Sequence record: OP557969.1
Strand: one strand, 5' to 3'
DNA length: 64,000 bases
Numbering within the stretch: the first letter of the stretch is position 1; the number at the start of each line of letters is the position of its first letter. The notes below the pieces were generated by a model. The model made no database searches and was not told where the DNA came from. It was given only the letters and a program-made list of their open reading frames with translations. A program made the translations under genes and the position numbers. Below are positions 33,972 through 43,817 of the stretch, piece by piece.

Positions 33972-34243
33972 TTAAAAAACTATTGACAGTTGTCTTTGTA
34001 TTCTGTACAATGATTCTTACAGCATGTAATGATGACGGCAGGTTTAGTGCAAAAGACTTAGTTCGTCAGGATTGTACATTCACAGGTAAGTCTTTTATTA
34101 ACGAGTATGAAATATGTACACAATCAGGTCGTATCTGTGGTGGTTGGGAAAAACGTCAGGAGCGATTGTATGTATATGAATGCCCTGGACATCACAACAA
34201 AGTACTAAGCACACACAAACTTGTTTATGATAAGGTTGAATAA
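33968..34243 (+). CDS. putative lipoprotein
   Basis: Lipobox ILTA-C; Cys-rich. Confidence 0.75.
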   Translation: MIKKLLTVVFVFCTMILTACNDDGRFSAKDLVRQDCTFTGKSFINEYEICTQSGRICGGWEKRQERLYVYECPGHHNKVLSTHKLVYDKVE

Positions 34244-34458
34244 TGACTACCAATGAAATGATGCAGGTTATTTGGGATAAAGGTTGTGATATTAAAATCA
34301 CTAGTACTGATGTTCGTGTATTCAAAACTGAATATATGGAATACTTGGACCTTGATACTTATAATAATATTGTATCAATTGAACACAAAGGTGCAGTACT
34401 TGAAACTATTGATGTGGTTCTGAAGAAAGCAACAGACCTATTAGGTGCGTCAGTGTGA
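34243..34458 (+). CDS. hypothetical protein
   Basis: TAATG coupling. Confidence 0.7.
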   Translation: MTTNEMMQVIWDKGCDIKITSTDVRVFKTEYMEYLDLDTYNNIVSIEHKGAVLETIDVVLKKATDLLGASV

Positions 34459-34609
34459 ATAATAAAGAGTGGGAAGAATACCGAAAAAAATGCCGAGAGT
34501 TTGATAAAGAACTAACTGGTACTATTAATGCAGTAATGGGTGTATCTGTTTTTATTTCAGTTGTGTCATTATTTGCTGTTATTATTAATAAATTTTTATA
34601 GGAAATCCC

Positions 34610-34807
34610 ATGTTTACTTTATATCTCGCAGTGGTTCTTACTAATGGTGAAATCACTCGTACTATTGGTGAAGGTGTATATAAAACGCCTGAGCAATGTT
34701 ACTCTGCTACACATTGGCCTCGTGATAGTGATGATACTCGTACCGAATTCAAATGCATGAAAGTAAAAGGTGATTTTGTTAACCTTAAAGTTATTGAGGC
34801 TAAATGA
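34610..34807 (+). CDS. hypothetical protein
   Basis: AGGA RBS. Confidence 0.7.
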   Translation: MFTLYLAVVLTNGEITRTIGEGVYKTPEQCYSATHWPRDSDDTRTEFKCMKVKGDFVNLKVIEAK

Positions 34808-35322
34808 TGAATATTAATGAGTTGTTAATATTATTGTTTAATCGTGGAAATGATGTAAGACGTACTATATATCAAGACAAAATACACATTGAAACTGATA
34901 AATGCTATGGTAAAACAACTCATGAGATTTTAAAACCAAACGGTAAGCGATATGCCGACGTATGTTTTCATGAACGTAGTGATGGTAGTGACATAATCAG
35001 TACTGATATTGTGTTTTATGCTAGGTCATCGGCAGAATCTTATGAAATCGAACTTGTATATTGCCCTAGTTCAAAAGCACACAATAAGCGTCAGATATTA
35101 TATGATGTTTATTCACCACCAGGTGTAGCTGAACATTTTGTTATCGATTACAGTACTGAAGAAAGTGTGTTTCAACAGAGTTTGATTCATAACTTCCAGT
35201 TGAACGATCCAAATGTACCAAAGATGTTCAATCTACTCGATGCAATTGATGTTGATTTTGAATTTGTTATGTGCATCAGAACTTCTTTAATCGATGAATT
35301 TATGGAACTACTTAATATATGA
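34804..35322 (+). CDS. hypothetical protein, EExxFQxS-motif family
   Basis: TEESVFQQSLIHNF. Confidence 0.85.
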   Translation: MMNINELLILLFNRGNDVRRTIYQDKIHIETDKCYGKTTHEILKPNGKRYADVCFHERSDGSDIISTDIVFYARSSAESYEIELVYCPSSKAHNKRQILYDVYSPPGVAEHFVIDYSTEESVFQQSLIHNFQLNDPNVPKMFNLLDAIDVDFEFVMCIRTSLIDEFMELLNI

Positions 35323-35540
35323 ATCGTTACTACATTGTTTATGAGCATGTATCTGAGTTTAATAATATACGTGGATATAAGAAAGAAGTTCAGAAGATTG
35401 ATGTATTTGTACGTGCTTTAAATCCTACTCATGCACTAATGAAACTTTTTGATGAAGTAACTAAGTACAACACACCGAAAACACAACGCTATGTTGAAAC
35501 TGTACATTGTGTAATGCTTACTGAATATGATGGAGAATGA
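35319..35540 (+). CDS. hypothetical protein
   Basis: ATGA coupling. Confidence 0.7.
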   Translation: MNRYYIVYEHVSEFNNIRGYKKEVQKIDVFVRALNPTHALMKLFDEVTKYNTPKTQRYVETVHCVMLTEYDGE

Positions 35541-35543
35541 CAA

Positions 35544-35762
35544 ATGAATTTATATCTTGTTGAAGGGTCAGTGCAAGTGTACACCGTAGATGGTGAAGGT
35601 TATCGCTTTTCACATGTAGAAGATTTTAAGTACGTTGTACAAGCGGAAGGTCAGTATGACGCAGAAATTCAGGTTAAAGAATCATTCCGTAATAAGAATG
35701 CAATTGGAAAATTCAAATACCAGAACTTACAATTCATTGTATGGCCCAGCATTAATGACTAA
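35544..35762 (+). CDS. hypothetical protein
   Basis: GGAG RBS. Confidence 0.7.
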   Translation: MNLYLVEGSVQVYTVDGEGYRFSHVEDFKYVVQAEGQYDAEIQVKESFRNKNAIGKFKYQNLQFIVWPSIND

Positions 35763-35967
35763 GATGTGGTGGTGTCATGGTGTCTATAACGTGTATGTAA
35801 ATGGTCGATATAAAATGTCTAGTACCTATGCTAGACGTGTTCATGCGAAGAATAAAGTTGATGCGGCGTGTGATATCATTGAGTGGTATGCTGGGTTTAA
35901 TACATTTGACTATATGTACGAAATAATCACAATAAATGTTGTACAAATTGACACGTCTTTGATATAA
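35755..35967 (+). CDS. hypothetical protein
   Basis: Start moved to the ATG at 35755. Confidence 0.6.
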   Translation: MTKMWWCHGVYNVYVNGRYKMSSTYARRVHAKNKVDAACDIIEWYAGFNTFDYMYEIITINVVQIDTSLI

Positions 35968-36001
35968 TAACTTTATCAAAACAACTTCATCTGAGGATTT
36001 T

Positions 36002-36664
36002 ATGTTAGTAAATCTTAATTTCATCACATCTCCTGATTGGGCATTGCGTGGTGTTTCTTTGAACTTTAAAGAAACTAATTTCGACCACATTGGTGATTGT
36101 ACTTTAGTTAATGCTACATTTGATCCACATCATCCTTTTTGGGCTAAAATTCACGATCCAAATGTAAACAATAGTACATCAGTCATGACTATTGTTCAAA
36201 CGAAACATCCTGGTATTCTTGCAGGATACCGTCCTGAACATGCAATTGAACACTTCACTGATTACGATGTGGTTGATGAATATCCAATGATCCATGAAGA
36301 TGGAAGTTTATACACATCCGAAGACTTCCGTGCTATATTTAATAGTACTGATGATATTCTACCAAGTGGTCGTCCACGCCCTGAGACTTATTGTATGCAC
36401 ACATCATATGGTGTTGCAGATACACTTGAACAGATTTTAACGAAGTACAAGAACCTTATTGAAGGTCCAGAAGAAATTGTTTTATGCTATCATCCAGTAC
36501 TGAAGTCTGACCAACCAGAGAGTGGTGGGTGGCGTTGGCATAAGAATGGGGAGTACATCGGTACTAAGCGTAGTAAAGAACGCTTTGAGTACTTGTATGA
36601 TGAGCCAGATGTTGATGTTGTTTTGTGTTATAATTTTCTTAAGGTGAAAAAGAAATGTATCTAG
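36002..36664 (+). CDS. hypothetical protein with GGWRWHKxGxYIG motif
   Basis: YGVADTLEQI...GGWRWHKNGEYIG; GAGGA RBS. Confidence 0.8.
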   Translation: MLVNLNFITSPDWALRGVSLNFKETNFDHIGDCTLVNATFDPHHPFWAKIHDPNVNNSTSVMTIVQTKHPGILAGYRPEHAIEHFTDYDVVDEYPMIHEDGSLYTSEDFRAIFNSTDDILPSGRPRPETYCMHTSYGVADTLEQILTKYKNLIEGPEEIVLCYHPVLKSDQPESGGWRWHKNGEYIGTKRSKERFEYLYDEPDVDVVLCYNFLKVKKKCI

Positions 36665-36879
36665 TATTGAATTTTGTAGTTGTGTTTTTGTTTATGTTCT
36701 ACCCTACACTAGTAGCATTAGCCACTAAACGAACATGGACACATATTATTACTGTTTTCTTTCTTAACGTTGTACTTGTATTTGTGTCTATTATTATTCC
36801 AATAAGCTTTACATATACTGACATTGTATTGGTATTCCTCTTTGTGTTCAGTTATCTTATGCTCATTGATGAAAAATAA
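36655..36879 (+). CDS. small membrane protein (possible Imm-like immunity protein)
   Basis: FMFYPTLVALATKR...VFFLNV resembles Imm-type membrane proteins (by eye). Confidence 0.5.
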   Translation: MYLVLNFVVVFLFMFYPTLVALATKRTWTHIITVFFLNVVLVFVSIIIPISFTYTDIVLVFLFVFSYLMLIDEK

Positions 36880-36954
36880 TATTGACAAACGTTCTTAGAA
36901 CTGTATAATAGCTACTGTAGTTTAAAAAAACACTTTATTTTGAGGATATGAAAT

Positions 36955-37275
36955 ATGTTATCAGTATTGTTTTCGATTCCATCCCTAGTTCTGATTTGGC
37001 TTATTGTTTACGAATTCTTTATCACTGATGTTAATGATAAAAAAGAGTTTGTACAGTTGTTTCTGCTAGATTCACCGATTGTCCGAATTTATTATACTAT
37101 CGTTTGTGTTTCAGTACTTGTATGGATTGTGAGTTTTATTTTCCCATTGGGTTCATTAGTATATACGTTGAATTTTATGGAAAATGTAGTTGCTATTCTA
37201 TGGCTAATTGCAGCATGGTATACAGGTAATGTTAGTATTTGGATTGATATTTTAAAATCTAAATTCACAAAATAA
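36955..37275 (+). CDS. membrane protein
   Basis: Three TM segments; GAGGA RBS. Confidence 0.75.
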   Translation: MLSVLFSIPSLVLIWLIVYEFFITDVNDKKEFVQLFLLDSPIVRIYYTIVCVSVLVWIVSFIFPLGSLVYTLNFMENVVAILWLIAAWYTGNVSIWIDILKSKFTK

Positions 37276-37358
37276 TATTTAATAGTAAAAAATACCCCCT
37301 ATGACATTAAATACTTCTATACTATATGTACAAATGTATTTTTCTATAGGGGTTTGTT

Positions 37359-37718
37359 ATGGGTAGATATATAAAATTAATAGCATTTGTTTGCTTATTA
37401 TTTTCATGTTTTAGTTATGGTTCGTCATCTGTAACACAATGTCGTAGTTCAAATGGAACTATATATTCATTGACAAACGATCCGAATAATGGTAAAAACA
37501 TTGTTATCAATGGTGTAACTTATCGTGTTAAAGCTCAGAGTACCATCGGTAATAAAAAGATAACGACTTATGTAAATGATTCTGGAACAATTGCGAATGT
37601 TATATTAATCGTTAACCCAATAACAGGTAATGGTGATATCTATATTGTGATTTATTTGGATACAGCATTACAACGAGAACTAAATTTGGATGAATTAAAT
37701 CTGCACTGCAAAATATAG
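37359..37718 (+). CDS. secreted hypothetical protein
   Basis: Signal peptide. Confidence 0.7.
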   Translation: MGRYIKLIAFVCLLFSCFSYGSSSVTQCRSSNGTIYSLTNDPNNGKNIVINGVTYRVKAQSTIGNKKITTYVNDSGTIANVILIVNPITGNGDIYIVIYLDTALQRELNLDELNLHCKI

Positions 37719-37728
37719 GATATAATAT

Positions 37729-38106
37729 ATGCTCAATTCTATTGTGATTTGGTTTTTAAGTATTCCAATTATTTTATCTTTTGTAATTTCTATTTGTATG
37801 ATTTTATATTTTATTTTTGCTGGGGTGTATTTTATTTTTACAAACAAAGATATTTTTATTTCTAAGCTTGATTCTATATTTGCATGTGAATCGTTAGCTT
37901 ATAATTTGTGGATAATTTGTTCTTGTATCATGGGCATGGCATTCCTACTACACGAATTTAATGTCATTGATGATAATGTTGTATATATTAGTACTGGGTT
38001 AGCATTATATCCAGCTACATGGTACTTGATTTATGTTGTCGATATATGGTATAGTACTTACAAAGAATACCATTGTAAAAAATCAGCAAAAGATGAGGGA
38101 AAGTGA
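37729..38106 (+). CDS. three-TM membrane protein (probable family member)
   Basis: Same TM layout with YF after TM1 as the 43.8 kb and 52.5 kb arrays. Confidence 0.7.
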   Translation: MLNSIVIWFLSIPIILSFVISICMILYFIFAGVYFIFTNKDIFISKLDSIFACESLAYNLWIICSCIMGMAFLLHEFNVIDDNVVYISTGLALYPATWYLIYVVDIWYSTYKEYHCKKSAKDEGK

Positions 38107-38459
38107 TAATGAAAATTATTTTGTTTTTTGTATCTATGTTAGTTTGTGGTTTAGTGTCAGCAGAACCGTTGGCAGGTGTTATTTGTACTGATGGAAATAC
38201 CAAACACACATATCAAGGTGATAGCTATGACCGCGATATCGTTTATATTGATGGTCAACAATACAGCTTTGTTAAAGAACATACCATTGGTGACATTAGC
38301 TTTACTGAGTACGCTAAAGATAAGAATCCGAAGGAATTAGCATTTATTGAAGTTGATTTGTATGAAGACAGTAATGGCTCTCAATATGCTAAACTTGTAT
38401 TGATGCGTCGTGGTGCAAAAGAAACAAGTTTTGGTGGTTTATGTAAATACAAGGACTAA
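38103..38459 (+). CDS. secreted hypothetical protein
   Basis: Signal peptide ending VSA|E. Confidence 0.7.
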   Translation: MIMKIILFFVSMLVCGLVSAEPLAGVICTDGNTKHTYQGDSYDRDIVYIDGQQYSFVKEHTIGDISFTEYAKDKNPKELAFIEVDLYEDSNGSQYAKLVLMRRGAKETSFGGLCKYKD

Positions 38460-38464
38460 ATTTT

Positions 38465-38656
38465 ATGTTGATTTATCAATGTGACGGTATTCGTGTTCTA
38501 CAACATCCTTATCTTCAAATCTTTCATGTTCAGATGTTTATGGAAGGTGATAATCCGAGAACTTATGAACGCACATATGATTATTTCACGGTCAAAGAGT
38601 GCGACAATATCGATGAAGTACGACGATTAGTACATGAACTCCAAAACAAAGGTTGA
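38465..38656 (+). CDS. hypothetical protein
   Basis: Stop codon lies inside the following terminator/promoter module. Confidence 0.7.
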   Translation: MLIYQCDGIRVLQHPYLQIFHVQMFMEGDNPRTYERTYDYFTVKECDNIDEVRRLVHELQNKG

Positions 38657-38696
38657 CTTCGGTCAGCCTTTTTTGTTATAATTATTTTATATTCTA

Positions 38697-39152
38697 ATGG
38701 AGTTTAAAATTATGTTAGTATATCGTTTTGAACTTAAATTTAGTTACATTGAACCTGATTTGAAACCAGCAACAAATGTTGGTCCATTTGCACGGTATTC
38801 TTCAAAATACAGTACTAAAAATGGTTTTGACCGTTTGTATATGTCTACGCCTACTCAGTTCCAACCTGAACCAACTGATGATGGAATCTATTCAATCAAA
38901 TATGGATGGGCATTTGGCTGTCAAAGTTTGAATGATTTGTTTCGGTTCTTTACTATGGACTTGGGAAAATTACATCGTGCTGGGTTTGCTATTTCCGTAT
39001 ATGACGTACCTGATAATCATGTGGATATTGGTCGTAATCAGGTTCAGTACTATTGCGGTAGTGCAATATTGGTTCGTATCATGTCAGTTAAGGATGCAAA
39101 GGTGGTGAACCGTCAAAGTAAAAGAGTAATACATGAGGTTCTATATGGATAA
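38697..39152 (+). CDS. hypothetical protein (possible ADP-ribosyltransferase-like fold)
   Basis: VYRFE...FGCQS...GRNQVQY pattern; weak. Confidence 0.45.
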   Translation: MEFKIMLVYRFELKFSYIEPDLKPATNVGPFARYSSKYSTKNGFDRLYMSTPTQFQPEPTDDGIYSIKYGWAFGCQSLNDLFRFFTMDLGKLHRAGFAISVYDVPDNHVDIGRNQVQYYCGSAILVRIMSVKDAKVVNRQSKRVIHEVLYG

Positions 39153-39489
39153 GACACAAATAGAATTGAAAAAATTTGTATCATTTTATCTACCAAATGA
39201 TCCACGTATGTCACAAAAAGATTTGGAATATTATAATATCCTAAGTAAACAGCTAATGAGAAAGTTTCAACAGTGTTTAAGTATATTCAATACTGATGGT
39301 AGACGTAGATACCGAATCATTTCAATGAATGATGAAAACGCAAACTACTTTGATTATGATGTTGTTTTTAGAGCATATAATGATGACCGAATTAAATTAA
39401 ATTATGATCAAATAATATTTGATCTAAGTGCTATATCTGTTATAATTACTCACATCGCCGAGATTAATGGTTTTAAAGAGTGGTATTGA
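39133..39489 (+). CDS. hypothetical protein
   Basis: True start probably 39145 after GAGG. Confidence 0.65.
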   Translation: MRFYMDKTQIELKKFVSFYLPNDPRMSQKDLEYYNILSKQLMRKFQQCLSIFNTDGRRRYRIISMNDENANYFDYDVVFRAYNDDRIKLNYDQIIFDLSAISVIITHIAEINGFKEWY

Positions 39490-39503
39490 ATAGAGGACAA
39501 TAT

Positions 39504-39770
39504 ATGAAGCTTAAATTGCAATATAATGGATTTACTTTACGTAATGATACTGAGTTTGTCAATCGTTCACCTGGTGCTGAACTTTTTTTGCGAGAGATGA
39601 ACATTCCTTTCATTATCACTACTGTAGGGGATCGTGAAGTTTTACAATACGCAGAACATCCTATTATTGATGTTCCTTGGTACTCTGAACATATGTACAT
39701 GGATATGGCACGTCGCTACAACTGTAAGTTCATAGTAGAAGGTGATAAAATTACAGTACAATTTAAATGA
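39504..39770 (+). CDS. hypothetical protein
   Basis: GAGGA RBS; start moved to 39504. Confidence 0.75.
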   Translation: MKLKLQYNGFTLRNDTEFVNRSPGAELFLREMNIPFIITTVGDREVLQYAEHPIIDVPWYSEHMYMDMARRYNCKFIVEGDKITVQFK

Positions 39771-39896
39771 TCATTTAAGCATCATTGCAAATGTAGAAAT
39801 GGTGTACATGAAGTATAATATAAAAAGGGAAATCATATATGGCTTCCCCTTTTTCTTATTACGTACAATTAAGTACATATATTAATTGGGGAAATT

Positions 39897-40469
39897 ATGA
39901 ATCGTAAAGGTCGTTTTAAGGTATCAAAGAAGAACAAAAGTTCTAGATTTAAGCCTATAGTTTTAACCGTTAAAGCCAAAGCGGAATTAACTGCACTTAG
40001 TAAAAAGATTATTTCATCTAAGATCAAAATATCATATATAAATTCAGTAAAATATCATAATGTCAAACCACGAGATCAACTTATTTCACTCATATTTAAA
40101 CGTAATGATTTTGAGATATCAGTGGATGATTATAGAGCCTATAATGCTGGTTTCATTAATGTTATTTGTACTACAGAACTAACTGAATTAGAACATTTGT
40201 CATGTATAGTAAATCTCGATAAAGGTGTAGTGAAATACCACTTTGTACATTTTACTAATATTAATGATGGAAAGGGTGTACAATCCAGAACTATAGTACC
40301 TACATGTGATGTGACTAAATTATCAAAGCTCAATGACGAAGAATATTTTCAAGAAAGTACTGTAACTGAATATATAGATGAAATTATAGCAACTTACAAA
40401 GAATGTATATGGGTTTTAAATGCAATGAAGCCTAAATTATGTTTGATGAATATTGTACGTGATTTATGA
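39897..40469 (+). CDS. hypothetical protein, EExxFQxS-motif family, basic N-terminus
   Basis: NDEEYFQESTVTE. Confidence 0.85.
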   Translation: MNRKGRFKVSKKNKSSRFKPIVLTVKAKAELTALSKKIISSKIKISYINSVKYHNVKPRDQLISLIFKRNDFEISVDDYRAYNAGFINVICTTELTELEHLSCIVNLDKGVVKYHFVHFTNINDGKGVQSRTIVPTCDVTKLSKLNDEEYFQESTVTEYIDEIIATYKECIWVLNAMKPKLCLMNIVRDL

Positions 40470-40482
40470 ATAAGGAATTGAA

Positions 40483-40926
40483 ATGTGTTGGGTAAATGTA
40501 AACAGTATTGAACTTAATGAAAAAGATATTTTTGCATTTGTAAATTTAACAAATAATACAGTTCTAAAAGGTCGATTGTTCAGTTCCAGTACTGGTGAAA
40601 AATGGATTTCATTGATGAATGATTGTGGTGAGATTTATAATGTGATGTCTTTACCACAATGGGTCTATAGTAACACTGCGGATGATGTTCTTGCAGCAGT
40701 TATGCGTGAGTTTGAAAAACTTCCCGGTGGTGATATCAAAAACAAAGTTTTTAATGCCGAGCGTAAAAATTATACAGCACAACAATTAGAATCACTCGCT
40801 ATTGCTGCATATCAAGCTGCTATTAAGAAGCCCGAATGTGTTATTCTTAAGTATATTCCAGACTTAAAACTCACGTTGGAAGATATGGACGCATTCATTT
40901 TTACATCTGAACTGGACCAGTACTGA
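40483..40926 (+). CDS. hypothetical protein
   Basis: AAGGA RBS. Confidence 0.8.
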   Translation: MCWVNVNSIELNEKDIFAFVNLTNNTVLKGRLFSSSTGEKWISLMNDCGEIYNVMSLPQWVYSNTADDVLAAVMREFEKLPGGDIKNKVFNAERKNYTAQQLESLAIAAYQAAIKKPECVILKYIPDLKLTLEDMDAFIFTSELDQY

Positions 40927-40935
40927 TTTAACTTT

Positions 40936-40963
40936 GGGACAAACCTTCCTATAATGATATAAT
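40936..40963 (+). promoter_or_regulatory. GGGACAA-N12-TGATATAAT promoter, copy 3
   Basis: Exact motif and spacing. Confidence 0.65.
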
Positions 40964-40996
40964 TTTTTTGTCAGTTTATTTAAATGACATATGAAA

Positions 40997-41004
40997 TATA
41001 AATA
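40997..41004 (+). promoter_or_regulatory. T4-type late promoter TATAAATA
   Basis: Exact T4 late consensus upstream of 41040; second copy at 41463-41470. Confidence 0.6.
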
Positions 41005-41039
41005 TTATTGTAAAGTTTATCTCTTATAGGAGTTATAAA

Positions 41040-41423
41040 ATGGTTGATAAATGGAATAAGAAAGAACCATCTCATGATGTGGATATTTCTGACCTAGATA
41101 ATGAACATAAACACAAGTACCTAGATTCACTAGGTCTACTAAAGCCGGACCAAAGTATTGCACATGATCGTCCTTCACGTGAAAAAGCATTCAGTCTGGA
41201 ATCTCTAGGTCATGAGCTAAATCGTGTGTTTGAAGAACACCCAATCTATGTACGTGATATTATTGAGAAACTTAAAGTAACTCCTAAAGAGCACTTTAAA
41301 GCAACTGTACACTCTGCATTCAATGCATTACATGAAGCACTTAAGAAAACTCACAACCTTCGTAAGATTCATGATGATATTGTAAATGCAATTGAAAGTG
41401 AAAAACATAAATTCAAGAAGTAA
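41040..41423 (+). CDS. charged protein, possible late/internal virion protein
   Basis: AGGAG RBS, late promoter; shares YLDSLGLL...EL..VF...P..V..I...L...PKE with the next gene. Confidence 0.8.
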   Translation: MVDKWNKKEPSHDVDISDLDNEHKHKYLDSLGLLKPDQSIAHDRPSREKAFSLESLGHELNRVFEEHPIYVRDIIEKLKVTPKEHFKATVHSAFNALHEALKKTHNLRKIHDDIVNAIESEKHKFKK

Positions 41424-41488
41424 TAGAAAAGAGGTTGACTTCGGTCAGCCTTTTTTATATATTATAAATATAGTCATAGAGAAAAAAC

Positions 41489-42760
41489 ATGAAATCTATG
41501 GAGAGAAATCAAATGCCAAGTAATTTTACTGATAAAAATGGTGGTAACATGGCAGGTCACTCGGATAAATGGAGTGAACGCAACCGCCGCCCAAATAGTT
41601 ACCAAGCAGGTCAAGGTTCCCGTGGCTCCAGAAACCAAGGAACTGGTCTAGCTGGTAAAGCAAATGCTGAACCAGGTGAAGTTAAAAGTACTGAGAACAT
41701 GACTGAGCTAGAAAAGCTACGTTATGTTAATTCATTAGGACTTCTTAATGCTACACAAAAACAACGTCTAGCTGATATGGAACGCGAAGAAAAAGAAAAA
41801 ACGACTGCTAAAGAAGAACCAAAACAGGAAGCACCGAAGCCGTCTAATCCTGTCAAAGAACTGTCTGATAAGTTAGGTAAGATCTTTGCAAATAAACCCC
41901 AACTTATTCAAGGTATTGTCAAAGAATTGCAATCTGTACCTAAAGAAGAATTAAAAGTCAAAGCACAAGCTGTTCTGGATGCAATGAAAGGAAATACCAG
42001 CACTGAGCCAACTGAAGTGTTCAGCACTATTATGCGTGCACTGGAAGGTAAACAACAAGGTGAAGAACGTGGTGATGAAGTAAGTCTTGAACGTGTTCTT
42101 AAAACATTTGATAGTATTGGGAAAGAAGACCGTGTTAATGCACAACAGGTTAAAAATGTACTAGCAAAATTGGAAAACCGTCTAGAAGGTAAAGATGATA
42201 AGATTAAATTGGTATCTGATGCAGTTGACAATGCACTTAAATCTTATGTACAAGGTGAAAAGAGTCGTTTTGTGACCGCGATGGATGTAGCATTCAATAC
42301 AATGAAAAAGTATGAAGCTGACCATGGTGAGAAGGTTACACCTGATGGTTATCTGATGCGTGATGATGAAGAAGGTGCAGTAGAACAGAATGATGTTCAT
42401 TCTGACGAAGATATTGATGATATGGAAGCTGAACTGTCACAAGATCGCCAAATGACTGAAAAATCACACAACGAACTAAAGAAATTAATGCAGTGGGTCG
42501 CTGATGTTGGAGAAAAAGCGGGTGCTGATAAGAAAAGTATAAACCGAAATCTTAGTTGGATTAAAGATAAAGTAGGTAACAACGCTCGTAAACTACAAAA
42601 AGCATGGACTGATGTAGTGAATGGTGCAGTAGATATTGACGTTGAATCTGGTGAAGCATATGATTATGCATTGACTACACTTGATGATTCTTTTCGTGAC
42701 TACGAAAAAGGAAACGTAACTCCTTGGGAAAAGGACATAATGAGCAAATACGGCAAATGA
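41489..42760 (+). CDS. large hydrophilic protein, possible late/internal virion protein
   Basis: Late promoter at 41463; very charged; start may be 41513. Confidence 0.85.
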   Translation: MKSMERNQMPSNFTDKNGGNMAGHSDKWSERNRRPNSYQAGQGSRGSRNQGTGLAGKANAEPGEVKSTENMTELEKLRYVNSLGLLNATQKQRLADMEREEKEKTTAKEEPKQEAPKPSNPVKELSDKLGKIFANKPQLIQGIVKELQSVPKEELKVKAQAVLDAMKGNTSTEPTEVFSTIMRALEGKQQGEERGDEVSLERVLKTFDSIGKEDRVNAQQVKNVLAKLENRLEGKDDKIKLVSDAVDNALKSYVQGEKSRFVTAMDVAFNTMKKYEADHGEKVTPDGYLMRDDEEGAVEQNDVHSDEDIDDMEAELSQDRQMTEKSHNELKKLMQWVADVGEKAGADKKSINRNLSWIKDKVGNNARKLQKAWTDVVNGAVDIDVESGEAYDYALTTLDDSFRDYEKGNVTPWEKDIMSKYGK

Positions 42761-42829
42761 TAACAAAAAGGTTGACTTCGGTCAGCCTTTTTTGTTATGA
42801 TGGTGCTATCCACTATTGAGGCCAGAGAG

Positions 42830-43453
42830 ATGACCAAGCAAGAAATATTCAAAACTTTAATTGATATATTACGTCCATCTAAATTACGGTGTGCAATGGA
42901 GTTTGATATTCCTTATGCTGAACAGGTAATCTTTCCACAAGTGAAATCAGCAGGACTTACGTTGCTTGGTATGGGAATGTACTCTGTTGTAGTTGAACAT
43001 GAAAACTATCCTGGGCGAGCATTTAAAGTGACAACATCACGCTGGGATGGCTTTCGTGCATATGCAAAGTACTGCATTGAAAACGCAGGAACTAAATTTC
43101 TTCCTGTTATATACAGTGCAAATGAGCAAGGAAACTTCGGCTGGTATGAGATGGATAAGTATTACCCTATAATTAAACAAAAAAATAATTACGATGATTT
43201 TGTGAGTACTAAAATTGGTGATTTATATTCGTATGCACATGCTGGACAGTATGCTTCATCACTATCTACTATGTGTGGTAGCCCAGAAGAAATTGCTATT
43301 GCAACAGTTGTTGCGAACATAATGAAAGAGTTTCATGGTCGTTTTGTACCAGACATTCATTCCAGAAATGTAATGATGGACAAAGATGGCAACGTATACA
43401 TCACAGATCCTATTTCATGTGATGTACGGCGAGAAATACCAATCACACAATAA
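42830..43453 (+). CDS. protein kinase, T7 gp0.7-like catalytic domain
   Basis: LLGMGMYSVV.EH...PGRAFKV, DGFRAY..YC, FLPVIY, DIHSRNVM, YITDP. Confidence 0.85.
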   Translation: MTKQEIFKTLIDILRPSKLRCAMEFDIPYAEQVIFPQVKSAGLTLLGMGMYSVVVEHENYPGRAFKVTTSRWDGFRAYAKYCIENAGTKFLPVIYSANEQGNFGWYEMDKYYPIIKQKNNYDDFVSTKIGDLYSYAHAGQYASSLSTMCGSPEEIAIATVVANIMKEFHGRFVPDIHSRNVMMDKDGNVYITDPISCDVRREIPITQ

Positions 43454-43534
43454 GACCCAGTTTTTTGTTGACAGAACTTTAATACTGTTATATTATTTAA
43501 AAATGATAAACGAATTACATCTAAGGGTAAAATC

Positions 43535-43816
43535 ATGCGTTCATTTGAAAACTTAATCGGAAAAAACCGTTTAGCAGAAATTGAAGCAGATGTAAAAGAA
43601 TTGTCACAATCAAAAAGTTATATTCACTTAGATGAACTTTTTATTAAGTACGGTGAAATTGGATTTAAGACGTTATTTGTTTTTACTTTTAAAGTTCACA
43701 GTTTAAAGTACTTCGATTTAAGTTATAAAAATGGTCAACCGAATCTATATCATATGTATTATCTCAAGAATATAGAAGAGGCTCATTCCTTATTTTCTGA
43801 ATATCTGAAGGTATAA
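43535..43816 (+). CDS. hypothetical protein
   Basis: Promoter and AAGGGT upstream. Confidence 0.75.
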   Translation: MRSFENLIGKNRLAEIEADVKELSQSKSYIHLDELFIKYGEIGFKTLFVFTFKVHSLKYFDLSYKNGQPNLYHMYYLKNIEEAHSLFSEYLKV

Positions 43817-43817
43817 A

